This document shows positions 9,890 to 19,823 of a stretch of 64,000 bases of DNA, piece by piece. A program made the translations under genes and the position numbers. The DNA comes from an uncultured bacterium (GTDB taxonomy: Bacteria > Krumholzibacteriota > Krumholzibacteriia > Krumholzibacteriales > Krumholzibacteriaceae). The DNA lies in contig CBDUYR010000002.1 in NCBI GenBank assembly GCA_965371515.1, positions 1 through 64,000 on the forward strand. Reading direction: 5' to 3'. Within the stretch, counting starts at the first letter, position 1. Every line of letters begins with the position of its first letter. The notes beneath the pieces are model-generated. The model ran no database searches and was not told the origin of the DNA. It saw nothing but the letters and a program-made list of their open reading frames with translations.

Positions 9890-10031
9890 CGTTCGTCCAT
9901 TATTTTCTACCCCATAAATCCCACCAATTTACCGGCGATACGGCTTCTGAGGCTTTTTTCATTGCGGCGAGCATCGCCGATAGGCCATAATTCTGCTTTA
10001 AGCAGTCTTTTTGCTTTAAATGGAATATGTT

Positions 10032-11090
10032 ATGAGAATCGTAGTCATCTCGGAAGAGATCACATCCAGACCGGTCGAGGGATTGCTCGTCTTCCTGATG
10101 CACATGTGCAGGTATCTGTCGAGCCGGCACGACCTGCTGGTGCTGCATGAAAGGGGCAAGCCCGATCCGGACCTCGACACCAGACGGGTACTGAAGGGCA
10201 GGTCCCTCCTCTCGCGCGAGCTGGCCGGTGTCTTCGAGAGCTGGAAACCAGATCTCCTCATCTATACGCCTGCCTCCGGACTGACAGGGTTCGGGATGCT
10301 GAGGAGCGTCCTCCTCAAGCGCATGGCGGGCAGCCCTGCCATCGTTGTGGCGCTGCAGGCCCGGGACACGGGAAAGATACACAGGGCGGTATCCCTCTGG
10401 TCGGCGCCGGAGCTCATCCTATCCCCGGTAAGGGAGATGCGACAGGCCCTGGATGACCTGAGGATCAACGCCGATTTCATAATGCCCGGCTATGACCCTG
10501 AACGGTTCAAGCCGGCCGACTCGGAAATGAAGATAAAACTCAGGGCCAGGTACGGCATCCCCGGCGACAGGTATATCGTCCTTCATGTCGGACATGTCAA
10601 GGAGAGCAGGAACCTTCAGGCTTTCCTCCGGTACAGGGACTGGGGGCCGGACATCCAGCCGGTAGTCAAGGCGGGAGATGTCGATCCCGTATGGCGCGAC
10701 CACCTCAGGCAGGCGGGCATAATCGTGATAGACGAATATATCGATGATATCCACGAGATCTACCAGGCGGCAGATCTTTATTTCTTCCCCGTTTCGATCA
10801 GGACGGGGGCACTGGAATTTCCACTCTCCGTAATAGAGGCTTCTGCATGCAATCTGCCCGTCCTCACCACGCGGTTCGGCGCCCTGCCGGAGGTGCTCGA
10901 GGACGGAGGCGGCCTCGAATGGTTCTCCGGTGTGGCGGAGATCCCGGGCAAGATAGAAAGGTTGAGAAGCGGCACAGTCGATACCTGTACAAAGGTCGCG
11001 GACCTCTCGTGGGAAAGGATGTTCGATAGATATCTCACTCCCCATCTCGAGAATCTCACATCGCTTCCCGGAGGAGGTCAGGAGAGTTGA
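10032..11090 (+). CDS. GT4-like glycosyltransferase (ORF open from 10020)
   Basis: PGYDPERF, LHVGH, IYQAADLYFFP, EFPLSVIEASACNLPV. Confidence 0.8.
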   Translation: MRIVVISEEITSRPVEGLLVFLMHMCRYLSSRHDLLVLHERGKPDPDLDTRRVLKGRSLLSRELAGVFESWKPDLLIYTPASGLTGFGMLRSVLLKRMAGSPAIVVALQARDTGKIHRAVSLWSAPELILSPVREMRQALDDLRINADFIMPGYDPERFKPADSEMKIKLRARYGIPGDRYIVLHVGHVKESRNLQAFLRYRDWGPDIQPVVKAGDVDPVWRDHLRQAGIIVIDEYIDDIHEIYQAADLYFFPVSIRTGALEFPLSVIEASACNLPVLTTRFGALPEVLEDGGGLEWFSGVAEIPGKIERLRSGTVDTCTKVADLSWERMFDRYLTPHLENLTSLPGGGQES

Positions 11091-11788
11091 AACGCGTATT
11101 CCACCCGGGCGGGCATGGCAGGATACTCGTCCTCAGCGGACTCGATGGAACTGGCAAGTCGACCCAGGCGACAATAATCGCCGAGCGTCTCGCGAGGCAA
11201 GGCATCGAGACGGCAACGGTATGGAATCGATGGTCGCCCGCGATTACAGCCCCGCTGATATCGTTCGCGCGAAAGCGGATCGATCCACGTCCCGACGCCG
11301 CCACGGAGGAATACACCGATTTCACGCATTCCAAGAGGAAACAGATGCGAAGCCCGGTGAAGCAGGCGTTGTGGCAGGCCATGGTCTGGGGCGAGTACAC
11401 GGTACAGGTCCACTCCCGCCTGCTCGGCGCAGGGTATCCTCGCAGGGCGATAATCTCCGACAGATATGTATACGATACACTGGTGGACATGGCGGTAAAC
11501 TTCTCACTCGAGCCCGCCGGGCTTGAGAAGCTGTGTTCCCACGCGCTCATGTCCCTCTTTCCCGCACCGGCATCGGTGGTGATCATCGACATCGATCCCG
11601 AAACGGGAGCGGCGAGAAAGAGCGATGGTACTCCTCCGGAATACCTTGCCGACCGCCGGCCCTTCTATCTCGAGATCGCGAGGCTGACAGGCGCCGCGGT
11701 CGTGGACGGGAACGGCACGATAGAGGAGACCGCAGCCGGAATCTGGAAGGGCTGCTCCCGGTGGAGAGAAAATCTGGTAAAAGGATGA
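11087..11788 (+). CDS. Thymidylate-kinase-like P-loop kinase
   Basis: Walker A GLDGTGKST and ISDRYVYD (DRY motif of dTMP kinases); overlaps the upstream GT by 4 nt. Confidence 0.8.
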   Translation: MKRVFHPGGHGRILVLSGLDGTGKSTQATIIAERLARQGIETATVWNRWSPAITAPLISFARKRIDPRPDAATEEYTDFTHSKRKQMRSPVKQALWQAMVWGEYTVQVHSRLLGAGYPRRAIISDRYVYDTLVDMAVNFSLEPAGLEKLCSHALMSLFPAPASVVIIDIDPETGAARKSDGTPPEYLADRRPFYLEIARLTGAAVVDGNGTIEETAAGIWKGCSRWRENLVKG

Positions 11789-11801
11789 CGAGAGGATACC
11801 G

Positions 11802-13304
11802 ATGAGAAAAGTCGTTGTGATCGGGCTGGACGGGCTGGACTGGCTGGTGGCAAGATCCCTGATGGACCGCATGCCAGTAACGTCCCGGCTGGCCGAAAAG
11901 GGGTGGGCCGGTGAGATCGAGGCCGTATTCCCTCCCGACTCGATACCTTCGTGGATAAGCATATTCACCGGGCTCGACCCCAGCGGTCACGGCATTCTGG
12001 AATCGGTCGACTACTTCAAGAAGGACGCGAGGCACTTCTCTGTCGATACTGGAGCTTTCAGGGGCAGGACCTTCTGGGACAGGGCGAGCGATGCCGGCAG
12101 GAAAGTAATCGTGGTGAACCCTCTTCTCGCCTACCCTCCATGGGACGTCGACGGAGTCATGGCCTCGGGTCCCGTATTCATTTCCGGCAGTACGTCGGTC
12201 GCTCCCGATGGTGCCGCTGGTGATATCGAGATCCCCCCTCTCGGTGGAATAGTCGACTTTCCGGAGAAAAAGGAACTCGCCGCTTTCTACGAGAAGACAA
12301 AGACCGAGACGATTGCCCTGACCGAATTCACGGCCAGGCTCATGGAGACGAGAGAATGGGATCTGACCTTCCTGACCATTCTGACCACCGACAGGGTCTT
12401 TCACTTCTTCTGGCGATTTTTCGACAGGGAAGATCCGACCTGGCCAGGAGATGGTCAGTTCAGCGATGTCATTCCCGATTTCCACGAATTCATCGACGGG
12501 TGCGTCGGCAGGCTGGTCGAAGCGGCAGGCGATGACGCGATCTTCATCCTGATCAGTGATCACGGTCACGCCATGCGTCCGCCGATGCTTTTCAATCTCA
12601 ATCAGCTCCTGCTCGACGCAGGATTTCTCGAGAGCAGGATTAAGGGTCCGAGGCTCCTCAGCCCGAGATATCTGCTCGACAGGACGAAGAACGTAGCGCT
12701 GGAGACCCTGCACAAGCTCGACCTCGAAGACATCGCCTACCGTTTCGCGCACGTATTCCCGTGGACCCGCCAACTCAAGAAAAGCAATTTCATGACCGAA
12801 CCGACGGCCAACCTCGCTACCGCATCCTCTTTCGGAGGTACCAACCCGTTCGGAGGCGTAGAGATCTCGACCGAGAGATGCCGGGCGGAGTCACTCGACT
12901 ACGAGGAGGTCAGGAGCAGGATCATAGATCTCCTTCTCGATACCAGGGACGAGGATGATATCCCATACTTCCTCTGGGCGAAACGCCGTGAACAGGTCTA
13001 CAACGGAGAGTATATCGACCGCTATCCTGACGTCCTCTACGAGCTTCGACCGGAGTTCGGGACAAGCTGGTCGGTGCACCTCCCTCTCGTCACTGTCAAT
13101 CCGCGGCACAGGAAAATATCAGGAGGCCACAGGAAGAACAGCGTCTTTATCGCAGGACCCCTCGACGGAATGAGCGTCAGGGAGGAAAACCTCCGTTCGC
13201 TCAACCTTCACGCTACGATTCTTACCCTCCTCGGAATAGAAGGAGAAAACCTCGCTTCGAAGAGTATAATCACTAAAGATGGAGCTTCCCTCTCATCGCC
13301 TTGA
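11802..13304 (+). CDS. Alkaline-phosphatase-superfamily protein (type I phosphodiesterase/nucleotide pyrophosphatase-like)
   Basis: VIGLDG, PPDSIPSW.S..TG (nucleophile region), DRVFH, LISDHG, C-terminal SGGH. Confidence 0.85.
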   Translation: MRKVVVIGLDGLDWLVARSLMDRMPVTSRLAEKGWAGEIEAVFPPDSIPSWISIFTGLDPSGHGILESVDYFKKDARHFSVDTGAFRGRTFWDRASDAGRKVIVVNPLLAYPPWDVDGVMASGPVFISGSTSVAPDGAAGDIEIPPLGGIVDFPEKKELAAFYEKTKTETIALTEFTARLMETREWDLTFLTILTTDRVFHFFWRFFDREDPTWPGDGQFSDVIPDFHEFIDGCVGRLVEAAGDDAIFILISDHGHAMRPPMLFNLNQLLLDAGFLESRIKGPRLLSPRYLLDRTKNVALETLHKLDLEDIAYRFAHVFPWTRQLKKSNFMTEPTANLATASSFGGTNPFGGVEISTERCRAESLDYEEVRSRIIDLLLDTRDEDDIPYFLWAKRREQVYNGEYIDRYPDVLYELRPEFGTSWSVHLPLVTVNPRHRKISGGHRKNSVFIAGPLDGMSVREENLRSLNLHATILTLLGIEGENLASKSIITKDGASLSSP

Positions 13305-13330
13305 CAACAGACGCCGGGTGCGATTACATT
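13301..13330 (+). promoter_or_regulatory. Putative sigma-70 promoter for rmlC-rmlD
   Basis: TTGACA (13301-13306), 18-nt spacer, TACATT (13325-13330). Confidence 0.4.
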
Positions 13331-13382
13331 CATCATGTCCGGTCCCGGCGGTGGACCGGAACCAGCCTGGAAGGAGTCATCG

Positions 13383-13838
13383 ATGATAGACGGTGTCAAT
13401 GCAAAGAAACTGAACGTAATTCCGGACGAGCGCGGCAGGCTGATGGAGATGGTGCGCTCGGATGACGACGATTTCGTGAAGTTCGGACAGGTGTACATGA
13501 CTACATGCTACTACGGCGTGGTAAAGGGATGGCACTGGCACAAGGTCCAGACCGATTACATGACCGTAATAGACGGTATGATGAAGATCGTGCTCTATGA
13601 CAACAGGGACGGCTCACCGACGAAGGGCGAGATCAACGAATTCTTCGCCGGGACGCATAATCCAGTAAGGATCACTATCCCTCCCGGAGTCTGCCACGGC
13701 TTCAAATGCATCGGCGGCGGAGAGGCCGTCGTAATCAACACAGTGACCGAGCCGTACAACTACGACGATCCGGACGAGTTCAGGATCGATCCACACGACA
13801 AAGACATCCCGTACGACTGGGGACGCAGCGACGGCTGA
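13383..13838 (+). CDS. rmlC: dTDP-4-dehydrorhamnose 3,5-epimerase family (RmlC-like cupin)
   Basis: DERG..ME, GVVKGWHWH, IPPGVCHGF. AAGGAG RBS favours ATG 13383 over 13335. Confidence 0.85.
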   Translation: MIDGVNAKKLNVIPDERGRLMEMVRSDDDDFVKFGQVYMTTCYYGVVKGWHWHKVQTDYMTVIDGMMKIVLYDNRDGSPTKGEINEFFAGTHNPVRITIPPGVCHGFKCIGGGEAVVINTVTEPYNYDDPDEFRIDPHDKDIPYDWGRSDG

Positions 13839-13857
13839 TCACGGCAGGTGATACGTT

Positions 13858-14724
13858 TTGAAAAAGATCTACGTTACCGGGGCCGATGGGATGCTCGGCA
13901 GGACTCTCGTGCCCCTTTTCCAAACGGCGTATGACGTCAGGGGGACTGACCTTCCTGAACACGATATCACCGATGACGTCGCTATAAGAAAAGACATATG
14001 TTCCTTCTCCCCCGATATAGTCATCCACCTCGCTTCGATGACCGACGTTGATGGATGCGAGACCGATCCGGAGACGGCCCGCAGGGTAAATGCGAAAGGC
14101 ACGGAAAACATCGCAGTTTCGTGCCGAGACTGCGGAGCGACGATGATCTACCTCAGTACTGGAATGATCTACAACGGACGGAAACCGGGCCCGTATATCG
14201 AGTACGACTCGCCCGACCCGGTCAACACCTACGGACAAACGAAATACGAGGGCGAGCTGGCCGTCAGGAAGCACCTGAGCAGCTACTATATCTTCAACAC
14301 GTGCTGGATATTCGGTGGAGGGCCTGAAGACAAGAAATTCGTCGCGAAGATAATCGAACTCGGAAGAGAAAGAGACAGGCTCGAGATCGTCGACGACACA
14401 TTCGGTTCTCCGACATACACTGTAGATCTCTCACACGCGATATTCGAATTTCTTGGGGAAGACGACTTCGAAAAAAAGTACGGGCGCTACCACTGCGCCG
14501 GCAGGGGCCGCGTCAACCGCTTCGATCTAGCCCGAGAGATATTTTCTATCGCCGGCATCGAGGACTGCGAACTCGTTCCCGTCTCTTCGAAAAAATTCGA
14601 CCTGCCGGCTCCCAGGCCGCGGACGGAAGCACTGGATAACTACTCCCTCGACCTGCTCGGCCTTCATCTGATGAGGGACTGGCGTGAATCTCTCCGGGAT
14701 TATGTGACGTCGACTTTCATCTGA
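13858..14724 (+). CDS. rmlD: dTDP-4-dehydrorhamnose reductase
   Basis: VTGADGMLG, TDVDGCE, YGQTK (YxxxK), VDDTFGSPT, APRP. Confidence 0.9.
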   Translation: MKKIYVTGADGMLGRTLVPLFQTAYDVRGTDLPEHDITDDVAIRKDICSFSPDIVIHLASMTDVDGCETDPETARRVNAKGTENIAVSCRDCGATMIYLSTGMIYNGRKPGPYIEYDSPDPVNTYGQTKYEGELAVRKHLSSYYIFNTCWIFGGGPEDKKFVAKIIELGRERDRLEIVDDTFGSPTYTVDLSHAIFEFLGEDDFEKKYGRYHCAGRGRVNRFDLAREIFSIAGIEDCELVPVSSKKFDLPAPRPRTEALDNYSLDLLGLHLMRDWRESLRDYVTSTFI

Positions 14725-14740
14725 CCCCGCCGATCGCGGA

Positions 14741-15472
14741 TCAGTCCATCCTGTTCGCCCCCGTCTCAAGCACAAGACTGGCTGCCCGAAAGAGGGACTC
14801 GAACGTCCCCGCGTCGGTCCACCATCCATCGAGTATATCCCATTCGAGATCACCCCGCTCTATATATGCGTTGTTTACATCTGTGATCTCGAGTTCACCC
14901 CTGTCGGAGGGCCTCAGCGTTTCGATGATATCGAAGACGGTGTTGTCGTACATGTATATCCCGGTCACCGCATAGTTCGATTTCGGATCGGAGGGTTTCT
15001 CTTCGATCTTTACAACCTTCTCCCCGTCGAGGACTGGTACACCGAACCTTTCCGGATCCGGGACCTCCTTGAGGAGTATCCTCGCCCCGCGCTCCTGCTT
15101 TCCGAAAGCCCTGGCTGCGGCAACAAAATTCTTTTCGATGATATTGTCGCCCAGGGCTACGCATACCCTGTCGTCACCTGCGAAGTATTTCGCCAGGCCT
15201 AGGGCTTCCGCTATTCCGCCTTCACCGGACTGATAGGTGTAATTGATATGCTCGAGACCGAAATCGGAACCGTTGCCGAGCAGTTTCAGGAAGTCTCCCG
15301 CGTTATTGCCGCCCGTTACGATGAGGATATCCCTGATCCCTGCGTTGATCAGCGACTGGATCGGGTAGTATATCATCGGCTTGTCGTACACGGGGAGAAG
15401 ATGTTTATTGGTTACCTTAGTCAACGGGTGCAGTCTCGTGCCCAGGCCGCCAGCGAGTATGATTCCCTTCAT
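14741..15472 (-). CDS. rmlA: Glucose-1-phosphate thymidylyltransferase (short RmlA/SpsI type)
   Basis: GIILAGGLGTRLHPLT..NKHLLPVYDKPM, LGDN, EEKP, RGELEITD, WTDAGT. Confidence 0.88.
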   Translation of the reverse strand: MKGIILAGGLGTRLHPLTKVTNKHLLPVYDKPMIYYPIQSLINAGIRDILIVTGGNNAGDFLKLLGNGSDFGLEHINYTYQSGEGGIAEALGLAKYFAGDDRVCVALGDNIIEKNFVAAARAFGKQERGARILLKEVPDPERFGVPVLDGEKVVKIEEKPSDPKSNYAVTGIYMYDNTVFDIIETLRPSDRGELEITDVNNAYIERGDLEWDILDGWWTDAGTFESLFRAASLVLETGANRMD

Positions 15473-15510
15473 TTCGTCATCTCCTTGATCTCAAAATATG
15501 TGACCCCGCC

Positions 15511-15539
15511 ATTATAATCGCAGCAGGCCGTCAATACAA
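15511..15539 (-). promoter_or_regulatory. Putative sigma-70 promoter for rmlA
   Basis: Minus strand TTGTAT-17 nt-TATAAT. Confidence 0.5.
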
Positions 15540-15543
15540 GCAG

Positions 15544-15572
15544 TTGACACCACTGCGGAATTTCCGTAACAT
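15544..15572 (+). promoter_or_regulatory. Putative sigma-70 promoter for the trehalose operon
   Basis: TTGACA-17 nt-TAACAT, back-to-back with the rmlA promoter. Confidence 0.5.
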
Positions 15573-15617
15573 CGTGTCGCGTTTCGGACCGCATACAGTA
15601 TTGATACATATAATATT

Positions 15618-16292
15618 ATGCCGAAAAAGAAAATAACTCACGAACCGTTTGAAATCAAGGACTGCGCCCTTGCGGCTATCGCCACGGGCCAGAAGGCACA
15701 GAACCTCAAGGAACTTCGCGATAACATCGAGACGGTCGTACCGGGCAGCATCGCCTATCATTTCTGGGCGGGAAAGCTCAGGCCCCGGTTCGACGATCCC
15801 GAGTTCAACAACGATTTTGCCGCATGGTCGAGTCACGCTCTTCACGACAAGGTCCTCGCCGAACGGTTGGGAATGCTCGATCCAACCTCCTTCGACAGGT
15901 TCGAAGAGATGAAACAGGAACTCCTCGACATAATCGAGGAACGTCTCGACGAGAGCGAACAAATCCCCTGGGCCCGCCCGGACCAGCAGTTCTATTTCAT
16001 CACTTCACAGACAGTAGTATTCAGCTCCCGCAAGACTATCGTCAAACCCGCCGAGCTCGTATCTTTCGTTCCGGAAATGACTTCGAGCAGCATATTCTAT
16101 CACTTTATAGACGCTCGCCGGAGGACCTTCGGGCACATCGACGATTTCAAAGCATGGCTCTACGGCTTCGAAGACAGCTACCGCGACCTCTGCGACATAC
16201 TCTCCAACGTCGACCCGTTCTTCTCGACGCTGCCCGAGCTGAGACATCAGCTCTGTGATATCTTCATCGATTACTTCGGGAAGGAGCGATAA
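15618..16292 (+). CDS. DUF5752-like (OrfY-like) TreT-associated protein
   Basis: Two internal repeats (SIAYHF...NDFAAW and SIFYHF...DDFKAW); stop overlaps the treT start (TAATG). Confidence 0.75.
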   Translation: MPKKKITHEPFEIKDCALAAIATGQKAQNLKELRDNIETVVPGSIAYHFWAGKLRPRFDDPEFNNDFAAWSSHALHDKVLAERLGMLDPTSFDRFEEMKQELLDIIEERLDESEQIPWARPDQQFYFITSQTVVFSSRKTIVKPAELVSFVPEMTSSSIFYHFIDARRRTFGHIDDFKAWLYGFEDSYRDLCDILSNVDPFFSTLPELRHQLCDIFIDYFGKER

Positions 16293-17533
16293 TGCCGTCG
16301 GCGCTGGATAGATATGCCGAGATCTGCGGACCTAACGTCATCGATCAGCTCCGGCAGCTCGTCGTCCCGCTGAAGGGCATCAAGGTGATCCACGTCAACT
16401 CGACACGAAAGGGAGGCGGGGTGGCCGAGATCCTCGCCAAGCTCGTTCCCCTGAAGAAGGAACTCGGGATAGACGTCTCATGGGAGGTCATCGATGGAGA
16501 CGCCGATTTCTTCAAGTGCACGAAGGGATTCCACAACGCGCTCCAGGGAAACAAGGTCGAGATACCGAAATCGCTCCTGAATAATTACGAGCAGACCAAT
16601 CGCCGCAATTCCGAAGAGCTCCGCAAAAAGCTCGAGAACGCCGACATAGTGTTCATCCATGATCCGCAGCCCGCTCCTCTTCTGGAGTACTGCACGGAAC
16701 GCAAGGGCAAATGGATCTGGCGCTGTCATATCGACGCGAGCAGGCCATACAGGCCGATCTGGAAATACCTCCGCAACTTCGTCTCGGGTTACGACGCCAG
16801 CATCTTCTCGCTCGCCGCGTTCGCCCAGCCTCTTCCACACGTGGAATACCTCATCGCTCCGAGCATAGACCCGCTGAGTGATAAAAACATCGAGCTCGAC
16901 CGATCCGAGATCGAAGCCGTAGTCTCCGATCTCGGCGTCGATCTCGAACGTCCCGTGATGACGCAGATCTCCCGATTCGACATATTCAAGGATCCGGTCG
17001 GAGTTATCCGAGCCTACAGGCTCACGAAGAAGTTCGTACCGACCCTGCAGCTTATACTCGCCGGCGGAGAAGCTACGGACGATCCCGAGGCACTTTCCGT
17101 TCTCAATGAGGTCAGGACCGCGGCAAACGACGATCCTGACATACACATCATGCTGTTCCCGCCCGACGCGCACCGTTCGATTAACGCCATCCAGCGAGCT
17201 TCCGATATCGTTCTCCAGAAATCGCTCAGGGAAGGCTTCGGACTGACTGTGACCGAGGCGATGTGGAAGGGCAAACCTGTGATCGGGGGGGATACGGGCG
17301 GCATCAGGATACAGGTCGTCAACCACCAGACGGGATTCCTCGTCAACACGCCCGAGGGAGCGGCCCTTCGGGCGAGATACCTTCTCTTTAACAGGGATCT
17401 CCTTCAGGAGATGGGAGAGAAAGCGAGGAACTTCGTTCGGGAAAACTTCCTGCTCACCCGGCACCTTCGTGAATACCTTACTATCATGGTGTCTCTGCTG
17501 CACGGCCGGGGCGACAGGATAGAGCTCGAATAG
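16292..17533 (+). CDS. treT: Trehalose glycosyltransferring synthase TreT (GT4)
   Basis: HVNST..GGGVAE, TK.FHNALQG, IHDPQP, WRCHID, PSIDPLS.KN, QISRFD.FKDP.G, EGFGLTVTEAMWK. Confidence 0.88.
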   Translation: MPSALDRYAEICGPNVIDQLRQLVVPLKGIKVIHVNSTRKGGGVAEILAKLVPLKKELGIDVSWEVIDGDADFFKCTKGFHNALQGNKVEIPKSLLNNYEQTNRRNSEELRKKLENADIVFIHDPQPAPLLEYCTERKGKWIWRCHIDASRPYRPIWKYLRNFVSGYDASIFSLAAFAQPLPHVEYLIAPSIDPLSDKNIELDRSEIEAVVSDLGVDLERPVMTQISRFDIFKDPVGVIRAYRLTKKFVPTLQLILAGGEATDDPEALSVLNEVRTAANDDPDIHIMLFPPDAHRSINAIQRASDIVLQKSLREGFGLTVTEAMWKGKPVIGGDTGGIRIQVVNHQTGFLVNTPEGAALRARYLLFNRDLLQEMGEKARNFVRENFLLTRHLREYLTIMVSLLHGRGDRIELE

Positions 17534-17565
17534 ACCAGCCGCCTGGGGGAGGTCGTCTCAGACTG

Positions 17566-18357
17566 ATGAAGATACTCACCTCGGGAACAAATCTGGATGC
17601 TTTCTTCGAGCGCCTGAAATGCTCGGAAGGAAAGCTGCTGATGCTCGATTACGACGGTACACTTTCGCCGTATTATATAGAGCGTCACGAAGCGGTACCT
17701 TATCCCGGCATCAGGGACATCCTCGCAGAGGCACTTGCCTCCGCGGACTGCAGGACTGTGATAATCAGCGGTCGGTCGATATCCGACCTTCGCCCCCTTC
17801 TCGGTATAGAGAGGGGAATCGAGATCTGGGGTTGCCACGGCCTCGAGAGACTCGGTCAGGACGGTGACTACACAGGGCCTGACCTCGATGCTGACACCTC
17901 TGCGGGCCTGGAGCAGGCGGCCGGATGGGCATCATCCGAGGGCCTCGAGAAAAGGCTCGAAATAAAGACCGCTTGCGTCGCGATACACTGGCGCGGGCTT
18001 GGCGGGAAAGAGACCGCCGGAATCGAGAGAGCTGTCAATGAGAGCTGGAGCGAAATAGCTGATGGGAGGAAACTGGAGCTGCATCGATTCAACGGAGGGA
18101 TCGAACTACGACCGATGGGGATGAACAAAGGCATGGTGGTCGACAGTCTTCTGTCCGAGGGTGCGGGAGCAGCCGCCTACCTCGGCGACGACATTACCGA
18201 CGAAGACGCCTTCAAAGCCATCTCAGGTCGAGGCCTCGGCATCCTCATCAGCCCCGGCTGGAGGAATACAGCTGCGGACATCTGGCTCACACCTCCGGAA
18301 GAGCTGATATGGTTTCTCGAGAACTGGATCGAAAGCTGCGGTAAGAAAAATGGATAA
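17566..18357 (+). CDS. otsB: Trehalose-6-phosphate phosphatase (HAD)
   Basis: LDYDGTL, ISGR, GCHGLE, HWR, NKG, GDDITDEDAF. Confidence 0.92.
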   Translation: MKILTSGTNLDAFFERLKCSEGKLLMLDYDGTLSPYYIERHEAVPYPGIRDILAEALASADCRTVIISGRSISDLRPLLGIERGIEIWGCHGLERLGQDGDYTGPDLDADTSAGLEQAAGWASSEGLEKRLEIKTACVAIHWRGLGGKETAGIERAVNESWSEIADGRKLELHRFNGGIELRPMGMNKGMVVDSLLSEGAGAAAYLGDDITDEDAFKAISGRGLGILISPGWRNTAADIWLTPPEELIWFLENWIESCGKKNG

Positions 18358-19813
18358 CGACAGTCGAAAACTGATTATAGCATCCAACAGGCTCCCTTTC
18401 GTACTCGAACGCAAGGGCGACTCGTGGAGGCTCGTACCCGGTTCGGGAGGGCTCGTCACTGCTCTCGCCCCCGTGCTGAAGGACCGCGGCGGCATCTGGA
18501 TAGGCTGGCCGGGAATAGTGGGAAAGGTAGACATTTCCAATCAACTATCCTTCGCCTCGAAAACCGCCGGATTCTCCATGAAGCCGGTCCATCTCGAAGA
18601 AAAAGACGTCAGACAGTATTACATCGGCCTCTCCAACGAGGTGCTCTGGCCTCTCTTCCACGATCTCCAGTCGTACTGCAACTTCGATCCCTCCTACTGG
18701 CAGGCGTACATGGACATCAACGCCCGCTTCGCACAGGTCATAGGCGAGAACGCGGGGCCGGATGATTTCATCTGGGTCCATGATTATCATCTTCTCTGCA
18801 CTGCCAGCGAACTCAAGAAAATCGGGATCACGACGAATACAGGATTCTTTCTCCATATTCCCTTCCCCCCTCTCGACATCTTCGTCAAGCTTCCATGGAG
18901 GAAGGAGATCCTCCACTCGATGCTCGACTACGATATAATCGGCTTCCAGACGCTTAGGGACAGGCGCAATTTCATCCAGTGCCTGCGCACTTTCGTCGAC
19001 GACATCTCCATCGAGGGAAAGGGACAGGTCCTTACCGTGGACGCCGGTGAAAGATCGATCAGGATCGGCTATTTCCCGATAAGCATCGACTACAACGAGT
19101 TTGCCCATATGGCGGAATCACGGGAGGTGGCGGACGCAGCATGGTACATCCACGAGGACATCCCCAAGGGCAAGATCGTCCTCGGCGTCGACAGGCTCGA
19201 CTACACGAAAGGCATCCCTTACAGGCTCAAGGCCTTCGAGAACCTGCTTGAAAAGCATCCCGAGCTGCACAGGAAGATCACTCTGTTGCAGGTAGTCGTC
19301 CCGAGCAGGCGCAACATCCCGATGTACGAGGACCTCAAGATCAAGATCGAACGGATGGTGGGCGAGATCAACGGAAGGTTCACCCGTTCCGGCTGGGTAC
19401 CGATCCATTACATCTTCAGGTCTCTCGACCGTCCCGAGCTGCTCGCATATTACAGGACGGCTGAGATCGCCCTGATCACCCCCCTGAAGGACGGGATGAA
19501 TCTCGTCGCGAAGGAATACTGCGCATCGAACACCGAACAGTCCGGTGTCCTGATCCTCAGCGAATTCGCGGGCGCTGCTCCGCAAATGAGGAAAGGGGCT
19601 ATTCTAGTTAACCCGTACAATATCGAAGAGGTCTCCGACGCCATCTTCGACGCCTGGAGTATGGATCTTCGTGAACGCCGTGCACGAATGAAGAAGCTGC
19701 AGAGTTTGATAGCGAAGAACGATATATACAGGTGGGTGAATTCGTTCCTCAACGCCTCCATAGCTAGTAACCTCGATGATTTTCCGCCTGTCGGACACAT
19801 GGAACCTCTCTGA
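18350..19813 (+). CDS. otsA: Trehalose-6-phosphate synthase (GT20)
   Basis: SNRLP, GGLVTAL, WIGWPG, LWPLFH, WVHDYHL, FLHIPFP, VDRLDYTKG, DGMNLVAKEY, LSEFAGA. Confidence 0.95.
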   Translation: MDNDSRKLIIASNRLPFVLERKGDSWRLVPGSGGLVTALAPVLKDRGGIWIGWPGIVGKVDISNQLSFASKTAGFSMKPVHLEEKDVRQYYIGLSNEVLWPLFHDLQSYCNFDPSYWQAYMDINARFAQVIGENAGPDDFIWVHDYHLLCTASELKKIGITTNTGFFLHIPFPPLDIFVKLPWRKEILHSMLDYDIIGFQTLRDRRNFIQCLRTFVDDISIEGKGQVLTVDAGERSIRIGYFPISIDYNEFAHMAESREVADAAWYIHEDIPKGKIVLGVDRLDYTKGIPYRLKAFENLLEKHPELHRKITLLQVVVPSRRNIPMYEDLKIKIERMVGEINGRFTRSGWVPIHYIFRSLDRPELLAYYRTAEIALITPLKDGMNLVAKEYCASNTEQSGVLILSEFAGAAPQMRKGAILVNPYNIEEVSDAIFDAWSMDLRERRARMKKLQSLIAKNDIYRWVNSFLNASIASNLDDFPPVGHMEPL

Positions 19814-19823
19814 AAGGAATCCG

